The notes below the pieces were generated by a model. That model made no database searches. It was not told where the DNA came from and worked only from the letters and a program-made list of their open reading frames with translations. A stretch of DNA of 64,000 nucleotides from Polyangiaceae bacterium (lineage in GTDB: Bacteria > Myxococcota_A > Polyangia > Polyangiales > Polyangiaceae). The translations under genes and the position numbers were made by a program. Shown here in pieces: positions 1-10,903 of the stretch (the stretch's first letter is position 1; each line of letters opens with the position of its first letter). The DNA lies in contig JBNKBE010000027.1 of assembly GCA_050287085.1 (NCBI GenBank), positions 13,840-77,839 of the forward strand, written 5' to 3'.

Positions 1-854
1 TCTTGAGCGTTGGGCTTGGGCTGTGCCTCGTTGCAGTCCCGTAGGTAGGCGCCGTTGTGGCGAGAGGCTTCAGGGTGTACAGCGGCCCAAACCTGCGTTG
101 CTGCACCTTCTGCTGCGTCTTTGAGCAACAGGGCTGAAGCGATGCCGAGGGCCAGATTAGCGGCCGGACCTTGACTGCGTGCGATGTTGGTCTTGATGAC
201 GCCTGGGTGCAAGGCGTTTGCCACTTGACCCTTCGGCAGGCGCTTGGCCAGCGCCTTGGCATAGAGCAAGTTAGCAAGCTTCGACTGTCCGTAGGCGACG
301 AGGGGTCGGTAGTTGCGCTCGCCCGACAGGTTGTCGAACTCGATGCCAACACGGGGCGCGCGGCGATGGGCGTTGCTGCTGACGATGATGACGCGTCCGG
401 TGGTTGTCAGGATGGGTAGCAGGTACTGCAGCAACAAGGCGTGCCCAAAGTGATTGGTCAGTAGCTGCAGTTCGATGCCGAGCTTATGCTGCCGGACGGG
501 CAATCCCATTATTCCGGCGTTGCAAATAATCGCGTCCAGTCGGGTTCCGCTTCCGACGATCTGTCCTGCGCAAGCGACGATGCTTTGGGGGTCGGAGAGT
601 TCACACGCTAGGGGCGTCGCGGACGGCCAGCTTGCGCTCGCCTCCTTCGCCTTCCGTAGAGTGCGAGCGGTACCCAAGACATGACAGCCGCGCAGTGCGA
701 GGACGCGACCAGTTTCCCTTCCCAAACCAGAACTGCAGCCCGTCACCAGGACACTCTTTCCGCTTAAGTCGAGCCCGTCAGTGACTTGTTCTGCGGTTGA
801 GCCGTAGCCGAACCCACTAGCACCCGCAGGCTTGAGTCGTGACAGAAGACTCAT
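1..854 (-). CDS. Short-chain dehydrogenase/reductase (retinol dehydrogenase/WWOX-like), 3' end runs off the window
   Basis: Hand translation from ATG 854: MSLLSRLKPAGASGFGYGSTAEQVTDGLDLSGKSVLVTGCSSGLG (TGxxxGxG), NAGIM, TNHFGH, YGQSK (YxxxK), LHPGVIKT. Absent from the ORF track because no stop lies in the window. Confidence 0.93.
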   Translation of the reverse strand, partial: MSLLSRLKPAGASGFGYGSTAEQVTDGLDLSGKSVLVTGCSSGLGRETGRVLALRGCHVLGTARTLRKAKEASASWPSATPLACELSDPQSIVACAGQIVGSGTRLDAIICNAGIMGLPVRQHKLGIELQLLTNHFGHALLLQYLLPILTTTGRVIIVSSNAHRRAPRVGIEFDNLSGERNYRPLVAYGQSKLANLLYAKALAKRLPKGQVANALHPGVIKTNIARSQGPAANLALGIASALLLKDAAEGAATQVWAAVHPEASRHNGAYLRDCNEAQPKPNAQ

Positions 855-1146
855 CGGACTCCACGCCCCAGATGCCGGTTGCTCAGCAGGGCGCCGAGGG
901 TGCTGCGCTGCAGCGCTATCATCTGCAGAGGCATTCTTGGCCTTGAAGTAGCTCTAGGCGCCCAGGGATAGGAATGCGGAAGCATGCTGGGACTGTGCCC
1001 CATTGCATGCCGTCGTTACAACCTTCCGTCAGGTCTCCCGGCGGCGGCGGACGGCCAGAATACTGGGCCCGAGGTTCAGCAGCAGCTTGCCTCGCTTTGC
1101 ACTAACTCGGCACCGGCAGCAGTGGCGGCTCTGGCACGGGCGCGCG

Positions 1147-2283
1147 CTAGGTACCAGCGCCGGGCGTGGCCTCTGGCAGACGCTGGCGTTCGAATTCCCC
1201 TCGCTCGTAGGCGGCAAACAATTGTCCCCACGGGTTGTCGTGCTTCCAGCTCTCGAATATTGCGCGATCTTTACTACGCCAGCGGTAGGCGTCATAATAT
1301 ATCTCGCTGCCCAGCGCGAGGGCGTTTACCAGGGGGCCGCGCAACAACGCCAGCCGAGTGCGTTTGAGCGGACCGCGCCACAGGGCATCACCCCAGCGGG
1401 TAATGCCGTTGTGTCTGCAGCTGAACCCCCAACACTCGTGGCTGATATCATCCCCAACCAGCTCGATGTCTCGGGGATCGGCCACGCCTAGGCCGCTTTC
1501 CTGAGCGAGTCGCAAGTAGGGGATCGCAAGTGGGTCGAAGCCCATCAGCCGGGCCGCGACAGCGTCCAGAGCCACGCTGCTTTGGGAGGCCAAGACGACA
1601 TTCTTCTGAACCGGCTCCACCGTACGTGGACCGGCGCCGTTGCCCGCAGTGGTGCCATCGGCGAAGCATAGCCCGCCCGCACAGAGCTCCCGTTCAATCG
1701 CTAGAACGTCAACCAATGCGGCGTCCAGATCAGGCATCGTGGCCGTGCGTCGGTTTGACAATAGAGCGGTGAAGCTCGCCAGCATGGCGCCGCCAAGAGT
1801 TGCAAAGGCGTGGCACTTCAGCGTCGGCAGATGCACCACGTTTTTCCCGATGAAGTACTCAGGCACGAGAATTCCGGCCGGAAATATCGTGTGCAGGACT
1901 CGGAGCGGGGTGCGAGGGCGGTATTCAAGCCAGCGCGTGTCGTGCGGATTGGCTGTCGACAGCGCGGGTACGTTGTAGCGATTGAGTATCGACGCGTAGA
2001 CGTTGAGCTCTCGTGTCTTTTCGGGGTCCGTTGTCAGATCGCTGCTCTGCACGAACGAGAGATCGTTGAAGCCGCGTCGTTGCAGCCCCAGAATCACCCC
2101 CTGCAGCTGCCAGGGGGTGGTGTTGACCGATGGAAATGGGAAATGCCACGACACATCCGGATGCAAGATGGTCGCGGCACCTTCGTCCAGCCCATGACGG
2201 GCTGCGGAGAGCTCGAAGAGCTCGTCCGTCTTTGCTAGGACCGTTGCGGGCTCGACGCGCAAGACTGCGACGCGGGCCTTCAC
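1147..2283 (-). CDS. DUF362 domain-containing protein
   Basis: Motifs VHLPTLKCH, FADGTTAGNGAGP and VALDAVAARLMGFDPLAIPYLRLA are typical of DUF362; starts 6 bp after the eno stop. Confidence 0.8.
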   Translation of the reverse strand: MKARVAVLRVEPATVLAKTDELFELSAARHGLDEGAATILHPDVSWHFPFPSVNTTPWQLQGVILGLQRRGFNDLSFVQSSDLTTDPEKTRELNVYASILNRYNVPALSTANPHDTRWLEYRPRTPLRVLHTIFPAGILVPEYFIGKNVVHLPTLKCHAFATLGGAMLASFTALLSNRRTATMPDLDAALVDVLAIERELCAGGLCFADGTTAGNGAGPRTVEPVQKNVVLASQSSVALDAVAARLMGFDPLAIPYLRLAQESGLGVADPRDIELVGDDISHECWGFSCRHNGITRWGDALWRGPLKRTRLALLRGPLVNALALGSEIYYDAYRWRSKDRAIFESWKHDNPWGQLFAAYERGEFERQRLPEATPGAGT

Positions 2284-2289
2284 AGCAGC

Positions 2290-3741
<1,452 letters not shown>

Positions 3742-3786
3742 TCAGTGCCGATCGAGGCCGCCCGCCATAGAGCCGTCCGCGGGTCC

Positions 3787-4848
3787 TTAGCCGCGGTCGT
3801 CGGGGGGCTCCGACGGCGTCGCATCTGCGCTGTGCAGAGCCGGCTCGCTCCCCGTTTGGCTATTTCCGTCACGTTTCCTCTGCCTCCGGGCGTCTTCACG
3901 CTCGTAGGCCACGACGATGCGTTGCACCAAGGGGTGACGCACCACGTCGACGTCGGAAAACCGGCAAATCGCGATGCCGTCGACCTCCTGCAGCAAGCGT
4001 ACGGCCTCTTGCAGTCCGCTGGGAGCCCCACGCGGCAGATCGGTTTGGGTGATGTCCCCGGTGACGACCGCGCGTGAGTTGAACCCGAGACGAGTCAGGA
4101 ACATGCGCATTTGCTGGCTCGTTGCGTTCTGGGCCTCGTCGAGGATCACAAAGGCGTCGTTGAGGGTACGCCCCCGCATGAAAGCCAACGGAGCGACCTC
4201 TATCTGTCCGCGCGCACGGAGCTGTTCGACCTTGTCGAAGTCCAACATGTCGTGCAGCGCGTCGTAAAGCGGACGCAGATATGGGTTGATCTTCTCTATC
4301 AAGTCGCCGGGAAGGAACCCCAGGCGCTCCCCGGCTTCGACGGCCGGTCGTGTTAGAACGATGCGCTTGACCCGCTTGGATACGAGAGCTTGAGCGGCCA
4401 TGGCCATAGCGAGGTAGGTCTTGCCGGTGCCGGCCGGGCCGATGCCAAAGGTCAATGCGTGTTCCCGCATCAGGGCCACGTAGTGACGCTGCATCGGGCT
4501 CTTGGGGACAACGGCCCGCCGCTTTGCGGAAATGACGATCGCCTGATCGAGGAGCGAGCTGAGGGTGGCGTCAGGGTTGCGTCGCAGACTCTCCAAGGAG
4601 CGCGCCACGTCGTGGTGCCCGATGGGCACTCCGTTCTCTACCAGCTGCATTGCTCCGGTAAGGAAGCGCCCCGCGACATCGACGTCGCCAGCGCTGCCGG
4701 CGAGCAGAATCGTATTGCCCCGGACGTTGACGAGAGCACCGCTCTGGCGGGCGACCTCACCGAGGAGCTCGCTTTGCGGCCCGGATACGGCGACCAGAAC
4801 TGCGGGGTTGTCGATCTCGATGTTGGCGCTTGCGGGCGCGTCATTCAT
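3787..4848 (-). CDS. phoH: PhoH family ATPase
   Basis: GPAGTGKTYLA, LTRPAVEAGERLGFLPGD, LAFMRGRTL, ILDEAQN, GDITQTDLP, DVVRHPLV. Confidence 0.96.
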   Translation of the reverse strand: MNDAPASANIEIDNPAVLVAVSGPQSELLGEVARQSGALVNVRGNTILLAGSAGDVDVAGRFLTGAMQLVENGVPIGHHDVARSLESLRRNPDATLSSLLDQAIVISAKRRAVVPKSPMQRHYVALMREHALTFGIGPAGTGKTYLAMAMAAQALVSKRVKRIVLTRPAVEAGERLGFLPGDLIEKINPYLRPLYDALHDMLDFDKVEQLRARGQIEVAPLAFMRGRTLNDAFVILDEAQNATSQQMRMFLTRLGFNSRAVVTGDITQTDLPRGAPSGLQEAVRLLQEVDGIAICRFSDVDVVRHPLVQRIVVAYEREDARRQRKRDGNSQTGSEPALHSADATPSEPPDDRG

Positions 4849-5064
4849 GCGGGGGCATTGCTTTCGCTGGAGCCAAACTTGGCCTCGGCCAGAGACGGCG
4901 AAGGGACAGGGCCGAGATCAGAAAACAGGTCGGGGGGGATAACTGGGTATGCTGAACGCCGAAGTCAGAGCGTAGCACGACTCCGCGGTTTGCGAACAGC
5001 CCGGCGCTTGCCCGGCTGTGACCTTGCCGCACCAGAACTTGGCCCGGGCCCCGCGCTTGGGGTT

Positions 5065-6315
5065 ATGCGCGACGCCATGACTTCCCTTGGCAAGTGGGCG
5101 GGCATTGGGCTAGCGCTTGGAGTCATCGCGGCGCTCTATCCCTTGATGAACGGTCACGTGGACTCGCGTGCGCTGCTGCACAGCTTGAGCAAGACCGAAC
5201 AACAGGTGGTGCCAACGCAGCTCTTCGAGGGGCTCGACCTTATCGATCTGGAGCTCCATCCGACGGGAGTTCGTGCCCCGGTGGCGGGCGGAGGGCAGGC
5301 CCAGCTCACCCTCGACCCCGAGTTGCAGCGGGCCGCCACGGCGGTGATGAAGCGCTACCAGCTACCCGAGGCGGGTACCGTGGTGCTTGACGTGAAGTCC
5401 GGCGACGTTCTGGCGTACGCCAGCTACGTCAACAAGGGTGCGCCTTTTGATGTGAATGCTCGCGCAGAGGCCCCGGCGGCGAGCGTTTTCAAGGTCGTAA
5501 CGGGAGCGGCGCTGGTCGAATTTGCGGGTCTCAATGCGGAAAGTGAGCAGTGTTATCACGGCGGGCGGAGCGCCATTTCCGCGAGCGAGTTGAAGGACGA
5601 TCCGGAGCGCGACAAGTGGTGTGCCTCCCTTGCGGCTGCCATGGGGCGCAGCTTGAATGTGGTCTTTGCTCGCCTCGCCAAGAAAGAGCTCAGCGTCGAG
5701 CAGCTCAACGAGATGGCCGGGGCCTTCGGGTTTGGAGCCCCGGTGCCCTTTGAGGCGCCAAACCAAGCTCCCGGTATCGACCTGCCGGAGGACGATCCGG
5801 TGGAGTTCGCGCGTTCCGCAGCGGGGTTCTGGCACTCCACGCTGTCGCCGCTGGCGGGTGCTGTCCTGGCCCAGACCGTTGCAAACGGCGGAGTTGCGCT
5901 TGTTCCTCGTATCGTCGATCGCGTCACGGACGCCCAAGGCACGGAGCTCTATCGCGCTAGCGGGCCTCCGCGGCTACTGCGTCGCGCCATCCAGGAACAG
6001 ACCGCCACCGAGCTCACGCGCATGATGGTCCAGACCACCCGCAACGGCTCGGCCCGCAAGGCGTTTTATGACCGCAAAGGGCGCCCCTTCATTCCGGATG
6101 TCGTGGTTGCGGGCAAGACGGGTACGCTTTCCCGCCATGCTCAGAACCGCCACTATACGTGGTTTGTCGGCTTTGCTCCGGCTGAAGCTCCGGAGGTGGC
6201 GATTGCGTCGCTGGTGGTCAACACCCCCGTGTGGCGGATAAAAGCGGCCAATCTCGCGCAGGAAGTGCTGGCCGCCTACTTTGACAAGCATCCTCACCAG
6301 GTTGCGACGCGTTAG
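5065..6315 (+). CDS. Penicillin-binding protein, transpeptidase domain with N-terminal membrane anchor
   Basis: SxxK (SVFK), SxN (SLN) and KTG motifs; LTLDPELQ. Hydrophobic anchor after ATG 5065/5077. The ORF-track start at 4390 overlaps phoH and is rejected. Confidence 0.92.
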   Translation: MRDAMTSLGKWAGIGLALGVIAALYPLMNGHVDSRALLHSLSKTEQQVVPTQLFEGLDLIDLELHPTGVRAPVAGGGQAQLTLDPELQRAATAVMKRYQLPEAGTVVLDVKSGDVLAYASYVNKGAPFDVNARAEAPAASVFKVVTGAALVEFAGLNAESEQCYHGGRSAISASELKDDPERDKWCASLAAAMGRSLNVVFARLAKKELSVEQLNEMAGAFGFGAPVPFEAPNQAPGIDLPEDDPVEFARSAAGFWHSTLSPLAGAVLAQTVANGGVALVPRIVDRVTDAQGTELYRASGPPRLLRRAIQEQTATELTRMMVQTTRNGSARKAFYDRKGRPFIPDVVVAGKTGTLSRHAQNRHYTWFVGFAPAEAPEVAIASLVVNTPVWRIKAANLAQEVLAAYFDKHPHQVATR

Positions 6316-6334
6316 GCGGCGACGCGTTAGGCGG
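6304..6334. repeat. 15-bp tandem duplication GCGACGCGTTAGGCG x2 spanning the PBP stop codon
   Basis: Exact copies at 6304-6318 and 6319-6333. Confidence 0.9.
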
Positions 6335-6587
6335 TCGTCCGCGGCGACGGCGGCACCCGGCTACAACACCCCACGGGAGCGCACTCCAGCCCCAGGCTGG
6401 CCCGTGCTGAATACTGAACGGGCGCTGAGCACCCGAGCAGGTGCCATCGCTTTTCGCGCACTCTTGGACCGTCTCGGGCTACGGGAAAGCAGATAGATCT
6501 GAGCAGCTTGCCACTTTGCCTCAGATTTGATCGCACCCCGGCGATATGAAGGGTGCACTTCCTGCTTTGGGTTGCTAATCTAGCTAG

Positions 6588-6839
6588 GTGCAGGTCTTGT
6601 TGAGGAAGTTGGGCAGACGCTCGAGAGCTGTTGCAGGAAAGCTTGTAAGGGCTCCGCGCAAAGGCTCCGTCGTCGTAATTGAGTTTGCCGACGGAATGCA
6701 TGAGTACGTGACGACTCCGGTCAAACGTGTGATGCGCGTGGCGGAGCGCGATGTCTTCTACATCGAGACCGCCAACAGCCGCTATCGCCTTGAGGTGCAG
6801 GACCCGCAGTCCAACCTCGAAGACGCGATCAGCGGCTGA
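6588..6839 (+). CDS. Small hypothetical protein (83 aa, beta-rich, basic N-terminus)
   Basis: GTG start, GC3-rich codons and natural composition; occupies an otherwise empty interval. Confidence 0.75.
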   Translation: MQVLLRKLGRRSRAVAGKLVRAPRKGSVVVIEFADGMHEYVTTPVKRVMRVAERDVFYIETANSRYRLEVQDPQSNLEDAISG

Positions 6840-7157
6840 GCTTGTTTGTAGCCAAGTTTTGCGCCGCGTTGCTCGCGGCGCTGGCCGCTTTGTGCGCGGC
6901 CAGCGGAGCAGTGCCGTGACGCGTACCTTCGAGCGGGCGGGCCCGTCCCTTTGACGCGGAGTTCTTGAATGTGGGGGCCTCATGCTTTATACCGCGCAAC
7001 CCTGGACTGGACCTGCACGGGCCTCCGGGGCTAGGCGTTGGCGCAAGGCCGCCGCCGAGCCGGAAAATCAGACGACACAACCCGTGATACGGGACCGCGA
7101 GTGGGCGCCGCGCTGTGGCATGGCCAGTTGCGATTCACGATAGAAGGAAGCTGAAAA

Positions 7158-7280
7158 ATGGGTCGATTCGATCGCCGACACTCCAACAAGATGCGACGCC
7201 GCAAGAGCCAAAAGCAGAAGAAGGCTCGCGAGGCATTAGAGGCCGAGCGCGTACGCGCCGAGCGCGGCAAGAAGAAGTAG
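7158..7280 (+). CDS. Small, very basic protein (40 aa), not in ORF track
   Basis: ATG 7158 preceded by AGAAGGAAG; MGRFDRRHSNKMRRRKSQKQKKAREALEAERVRAERGKKK then TAG TGA. Confidence 0.72.
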   Translation: MGRFDRRHSNKMRRRKSQKQKKAREALEAERVRAERGKKK

Positions 7281-7409
7281 TGACTCTGGGGCGGCGGCGG
7301 GGGCCTCAGGCTGTTGTCGCCCGATGCTTGTTGTCGCCGTATAGGGTCGGTCTTCCGCCAGCATCGCTGGCCGTCCGGGTTTGGGGGCCGTGCAGCTACA
7401 GCAGCAGTG

Positions 7410-7871
7410 TTATTGCTGCGCTAGTAGTGACAGACGCTGCTGAAGCTCCCGCAGGCCCCCGTGGCTTGGCACGATATTGAGCGGCGCAAAGCGTTCCACC
7501 AGGAACTTGGAGCGGGCCGTCTCGACATCGGCAAATAGCAGCGCCGGCAGCGTACATCCGGCTCGCCGCAGCTCTGCGAGGATTGCGATGCCCTGGTTCG
7601 AGATGAGCTGACGGCGTTCGGCCTCGCTCAGAGGGCCGACGTTGCGCCCATCACCGTCTACCAATTCCGACTCGGGGGTGCGGCGGAAGTCCAAGTCGAG
7701 TAGCACGGCCAGGGCCGGGGGTTGTTTGCGGGCGAGCGCGAGCAGTTGCACTGCATTGCGCGCCTGTTCGAAGACGTAGTGGGTGCTCAGGAAACGCGAA
7801 AAGCGGAGCAGGTACTCGTCCCCGTCTTCGCATACCAGCAGCCGACGGCGCGGCGTCGCCCGGCTCGTCAT
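7410..7871 (-). CDS. Stand-alone atypical response-regulator receiver protein
   Basis: LLVCED acidic pocket, AVLLD phospho-Asp strand, QGIAILAELRR helix; start overlaps the kinase stop (ATGA). Confidence 0.8.
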   Translation of the reverse strand: MTSRATPRRRLLVCEDGDEYLLRFSRFLSTHYVFEQARNAVQLLALARKQPPALAVLLDLDFRRTPESELVDGDGRNVGPLSEAERRQLISNQGIAILAELRRAGCTLPALLFADVETARSKFLVERFAPLNIVPSHGGLRELQQRLSLLAQQ

Positions 7872-10800
7872 TGGGTGAACTGCACGCCGACCGTCTTTCG
7901 GTAAGGGGCGCCCTCGTTGTCGACGAGCAATGAGCCGTTCCAGGCGCGTGTTGTCTCACGCACGATGCCTAGCCCGCGGCCCGTGTCCTGGTTTTCCACG
8001 GTTTCGCGGCTGAAGGGCAACGATGCGTTGTCGGCGATCTGCAATCGCACGAGCGCTTGTCCCGTGAAGTCGGTCACCCGCGCGACACTGACTTGGATCC
8101 GGGGTTCGTTGCACTCCCGCACCGCAGCTTGTGCGTTGCGCAGCAAGTTCGCAAAAATGTGGAACAACGCGGTGCGATCGACAGGAAATCGAACGGTGGG
8201 CTCCGTCATTTGCAGCGCCGGCTCAGTCCACTTCTTGCCGCTGGCTGCGCTCTCGGCGTGCACCGAGGCAATCCAGCGTTGGAGCTCCGCTGCGTCCAGC
8301 TGCGAGCGGGGGCCCCGTTCCAGAAGCTGCTTCATGGCTGCCATATGACGGCTGCGCAGCCGTGCGTCCACTTTCAGCAAAACACCACGCGAGCCGGGTA
8401 CTAATACTGCTTTCTCAGCTCTCTTCAAATCGCGGACGAGGGGGCCGAACACGGGTTCGCGCTCGAGCCTGCGCAGCGTGATGCTGTGGGCCCGGGCGAG
8501 CGACACCAGACGCTGGTAGCCGTCTCTGACCAGCTCGGAAGCCGGTACGGGTTGTAGCAGCGTGTCGCGGAGCTGCTCGGGTGTGACGTCGTCGTCTCCT
8601 AGCAGTTCTAGCGCGCTGGTGCGGTGCTTGAAAACGTCGTGCCTCAGTTCAGCAATGATACGAGCTACTGCGGGAAAGAGCCGCGGGCGACGCTGCAGGG
8701 CGCGCGAGACCGAAGAGCCGCGAAAAAAGAACAGGTATGCCGTCAGCAGCAGAAGCCCAGCTCCGCCCAGGGTCAGTTGCCGCCATCGCGCGGCACGCAG
8801 CCGCTTTCCTGCCGCATGTCGCGATGCTTCGTGGCGCAGGGTCTGGGCTAGCGCTTTCGCCGCTGGTACGAAGCGATCGCCTGCGGGGGCCGCTTCGATG
8901 TAAGCGGCAATATGAGCGCTTGCGACTTGGGGCGCGCCTTTCAGCGCAGCGCGCTGCGCCAGCGCCCAATGCGCGGCGGGTTCCACCAGAGCGAGGTGCT
9001 CCAGACTGAGCGCGAGTGGATGTTCGAGGGTCGGCTCTGCCCGGGCAAGCAGCCGCGCGGCGCGTTGCTCAATGGTACGCCGCACTTCGCTTGGCGGGGA
9101 GGGAGGGAACTCGGCGGTACTCAGCCCCAGCCGATAGCAGTCCAGGGCGGCCATCAGATCGTTTGTGTGCTCGTCTACCCGGCCGATGGCGAGCAGCTGC
9201 GCGTGGGGCATGTCTGCACGGCAGGGCGCGCCGAGGGTTTTCAGGGCAGCGTCTGCGTCTCCGGTGAGCAGTTGCAGGCGCGCCGATAGCAGCAACGCGG
9301 GCGAGCCGTTCGGGCGTACCTCACTCAGCTCCCGGCGCAGAGCCTGAGCGGCTTCGACTTCTTCGCGGCTTGAGGTTAACGCCATGTAGTCGGAGAGCGC
9401 TGCCTCGGCGCCTGCGGCGTTTCCCTCGGCCTTGAGCAGCAGGGCGCGAGTCAAGCGCGCCTCGACATGCCCGAGCTCGATGGCGCGGTCGAGCCAGGGG
9501 TTGGTCACCGCCTGCGCGGCGTCGGGCACCAGGCGCGTAACCGCTCGGTGAAGCGCAAAGAGCCCGCCCGCGTCGTTCCAAAGCGCTTGCCGCGTGGGCT
9601 GTGGTAATTCGCGTGTGACGGTGAACAACAACGCTGCCGCGTCGACATAATCAGGGGATTGCGCGAGCGCTTGATCGAGCAAGCGGCGCGCTTCGTCTGG
9701 ACCCGGTGGCTGCGCTTCCAGGAAGATTTCAGCTTCTTCATATAAGGCCACCGCTTCGTCGGTGGGTCTTGCTGCGGTGGCGGAGCGCATCGCCATAGAG
9801 CTAGCAGGTGTGCCGCGACGCGAGGCTAGCCGCTGGCGGAGCTCCGCCAGCTCCGTCCACTCGGGCTCTAGCATCCAAGCTATTCTTAGCTCCTCATCGG
9901 CTCGCTCGAGTTCGAGCAACCCCCCATGCTCAGCCAGCAACGTACCCAGGAGCCGATGATAACGTGCGTCAGACGGCGCCAGCCGCGTGAGCACAGCAAG
10001 CTCTTTGACCACTTCGTCGTAGTGTCCCCGCTCCGTAAGCCACTGCGCCCGAAGCCAGCGCGGCGCTCGCCAGGCCGGGTATCGGCGAATCCAGGTGGCT
10101 AGTTGGAGAAGCGCTTCAGGCGTAGCGTTGGGACCCTTGGCTTCGAGCTGCGCCAGGTGAGCGCGCTCTGTGTTGGGTACATCCGGTTCGGGCCAGTCGC
10201 GAAGGGCTCGAGCCGCGCGCTCCCCCTCTAGGCGACGCTCCAACTCGTGCACCTGGGCCACTAGCGGCGGCGACAAGGTCTGATCCCGAAGCGCCTCCAG
10301 GTGAGAGCTTGCGCGCTCCAAGTGCCCGAAGCTTAGCTCGGCTCGGATGCGCGCAAGCTCAATTCGCGCTCGCGTCGAGCTTCGCTTGTTCTCGGCAACA
10401 CCCTGCTCCAAGATGGACAGCAGCTCACGCCGCTTCTCCCAGCGACTGGCTTGCCGCGTGACGCTCTGCTCGAGGTGCTCGTAGGCGTGGTAGCGATGCG
10501 GATCGAGCTTGATGGCTCTTCGGAACTCGATCTCAGCGTTGTGAAGCGCGCCTTGCTTCAGATAGGCGTAGCCGAGATCGGTCGCGTATAGCGCGCTGCT
10601 ATCGTCTAGCCGAACCGCTTCCTCGAGCGCTTTTATGGCGGTCGTAAGTCGGCCTCGGCGCAAGAGCTTAACTCCCCGTTCGTGGTAGCTTTCGGCGCTG
10701 GGTGACTCAAGTTCTGTCGCGAGTTGCGACCCCGAGGTGGCAAGGGGCGGCGGCTTCGACGGCGCGTCGGCCGCGGGCGGCCACGGACCGGGAGACGGAG

Positions 10801-10903
10801 GTGGACCTGGTGCTCCAGACTGCGCTTGGGCCGCTGCCATGGGCGCTGCCGCGCCGCTTGCGGTGAGCAGCGCTGCGCCGACGATGCGGGACAGGCGGCT
10901 CAC
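7868..10903 (-). CDS. Membrane sensor histidine kinase with large extracytoplasmic TPR region
   Basis: Signal peptide and Pro-rich linker; TPR repeats (ALEEAVRLDDSSALYATDLGYAY..., EFRRAIKLDP); one TM (LTLGGAGLLLLTAYLFFF); putative H-box ELRHDVFK, N-box IFANLLRNA, D-box IADNA, G2 GRGLGIV. Confidence 0.82.
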   Translation of the reverse strand: MSRLSRIVGAALLTASGAAAPMAAAQAQSGAPGPPPSPGPWPPAADAPSKPPPLATSGSQLATELESPSAESYHERGVKLLRRGRLTTAIKALEEAVRLDDSSALYATDLGYAYLKQGALHNAEIEFRRAIKLDPHRYHAYEHLEQSVTRQASRWEKRRELLSILEQGVAENKRSSTRARIELARIRAELSFGHLERASSHLEALRDQTLSPPLVAQVHELERRLEGERAARALRDWPEPDVPNTERAHLAQLEAKGPNATPEALLQLATWIRRYPAWRAPRWLRAQWLTERGHYDEVVKELAVLTRLAPSDARYHRLLGTLLAEHGGLLELERADEELRIAWMLEPEWTELAELRQRLASRRGTPASSMAMRSATAARPTDEAVALYEEAEIFLEAQPPGPDEARRLLDQALAQSPDYVDAAALLFTVTRELPQPTRQALWNDAGGLFALHRAVTRLVPDAAQAVTNPWLDRAIELGHVEARLTRALLLKAEGNAAGAEAALSDYMALTSSREEVEAAQALRRELSEVRPNGSPALLLSARLQLLTGDADAALKTLGAPCRADMPHAQLLAIGRVDEHTNDLMAALDCYRLGLSTAEFPPSPPSEVRRTIEQRAARLLARAEPTLEHPLALSLEHLALVEPAAHWALAQRAALKGAPQVASAHIAAYIEAAPAGDRFVPAAKALAQTLRHEASRHAAGKRLRAARWRQLTLGGAGLLLLTAYLFFFRGSSVSRALQRRPRLFPAVARIIAELRHDVFKHRTSALELLGDDDVTPEQLRDTLLQPVPASELVRDGYQRLVSLARAHSITLRRLEREPVFGPLVRDLKRAEKAVLVPGSRGVLLKVDARLRSRHMAAMKQLLERGPRSQLDAAELQRWIASVHAESAASGKKWTEPALQMTEPTVRFPVDRTALFHIFANLLRNAQAAVRECNEPRIQVSVARVTDFTGQALVRLQIADNASLPFSRETVENQDTGRGLGIVRETTRAWNGSLLVDNEGAPYRKTVGVQFTQ

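Noticed and set aside
4390..5064. N-terminal extension of the 641-aa ORF as part of the PBP
   Set aside because: It is antisense to phoH with unnatural composition; the membrane anchor begins after ATG 5065/5077.
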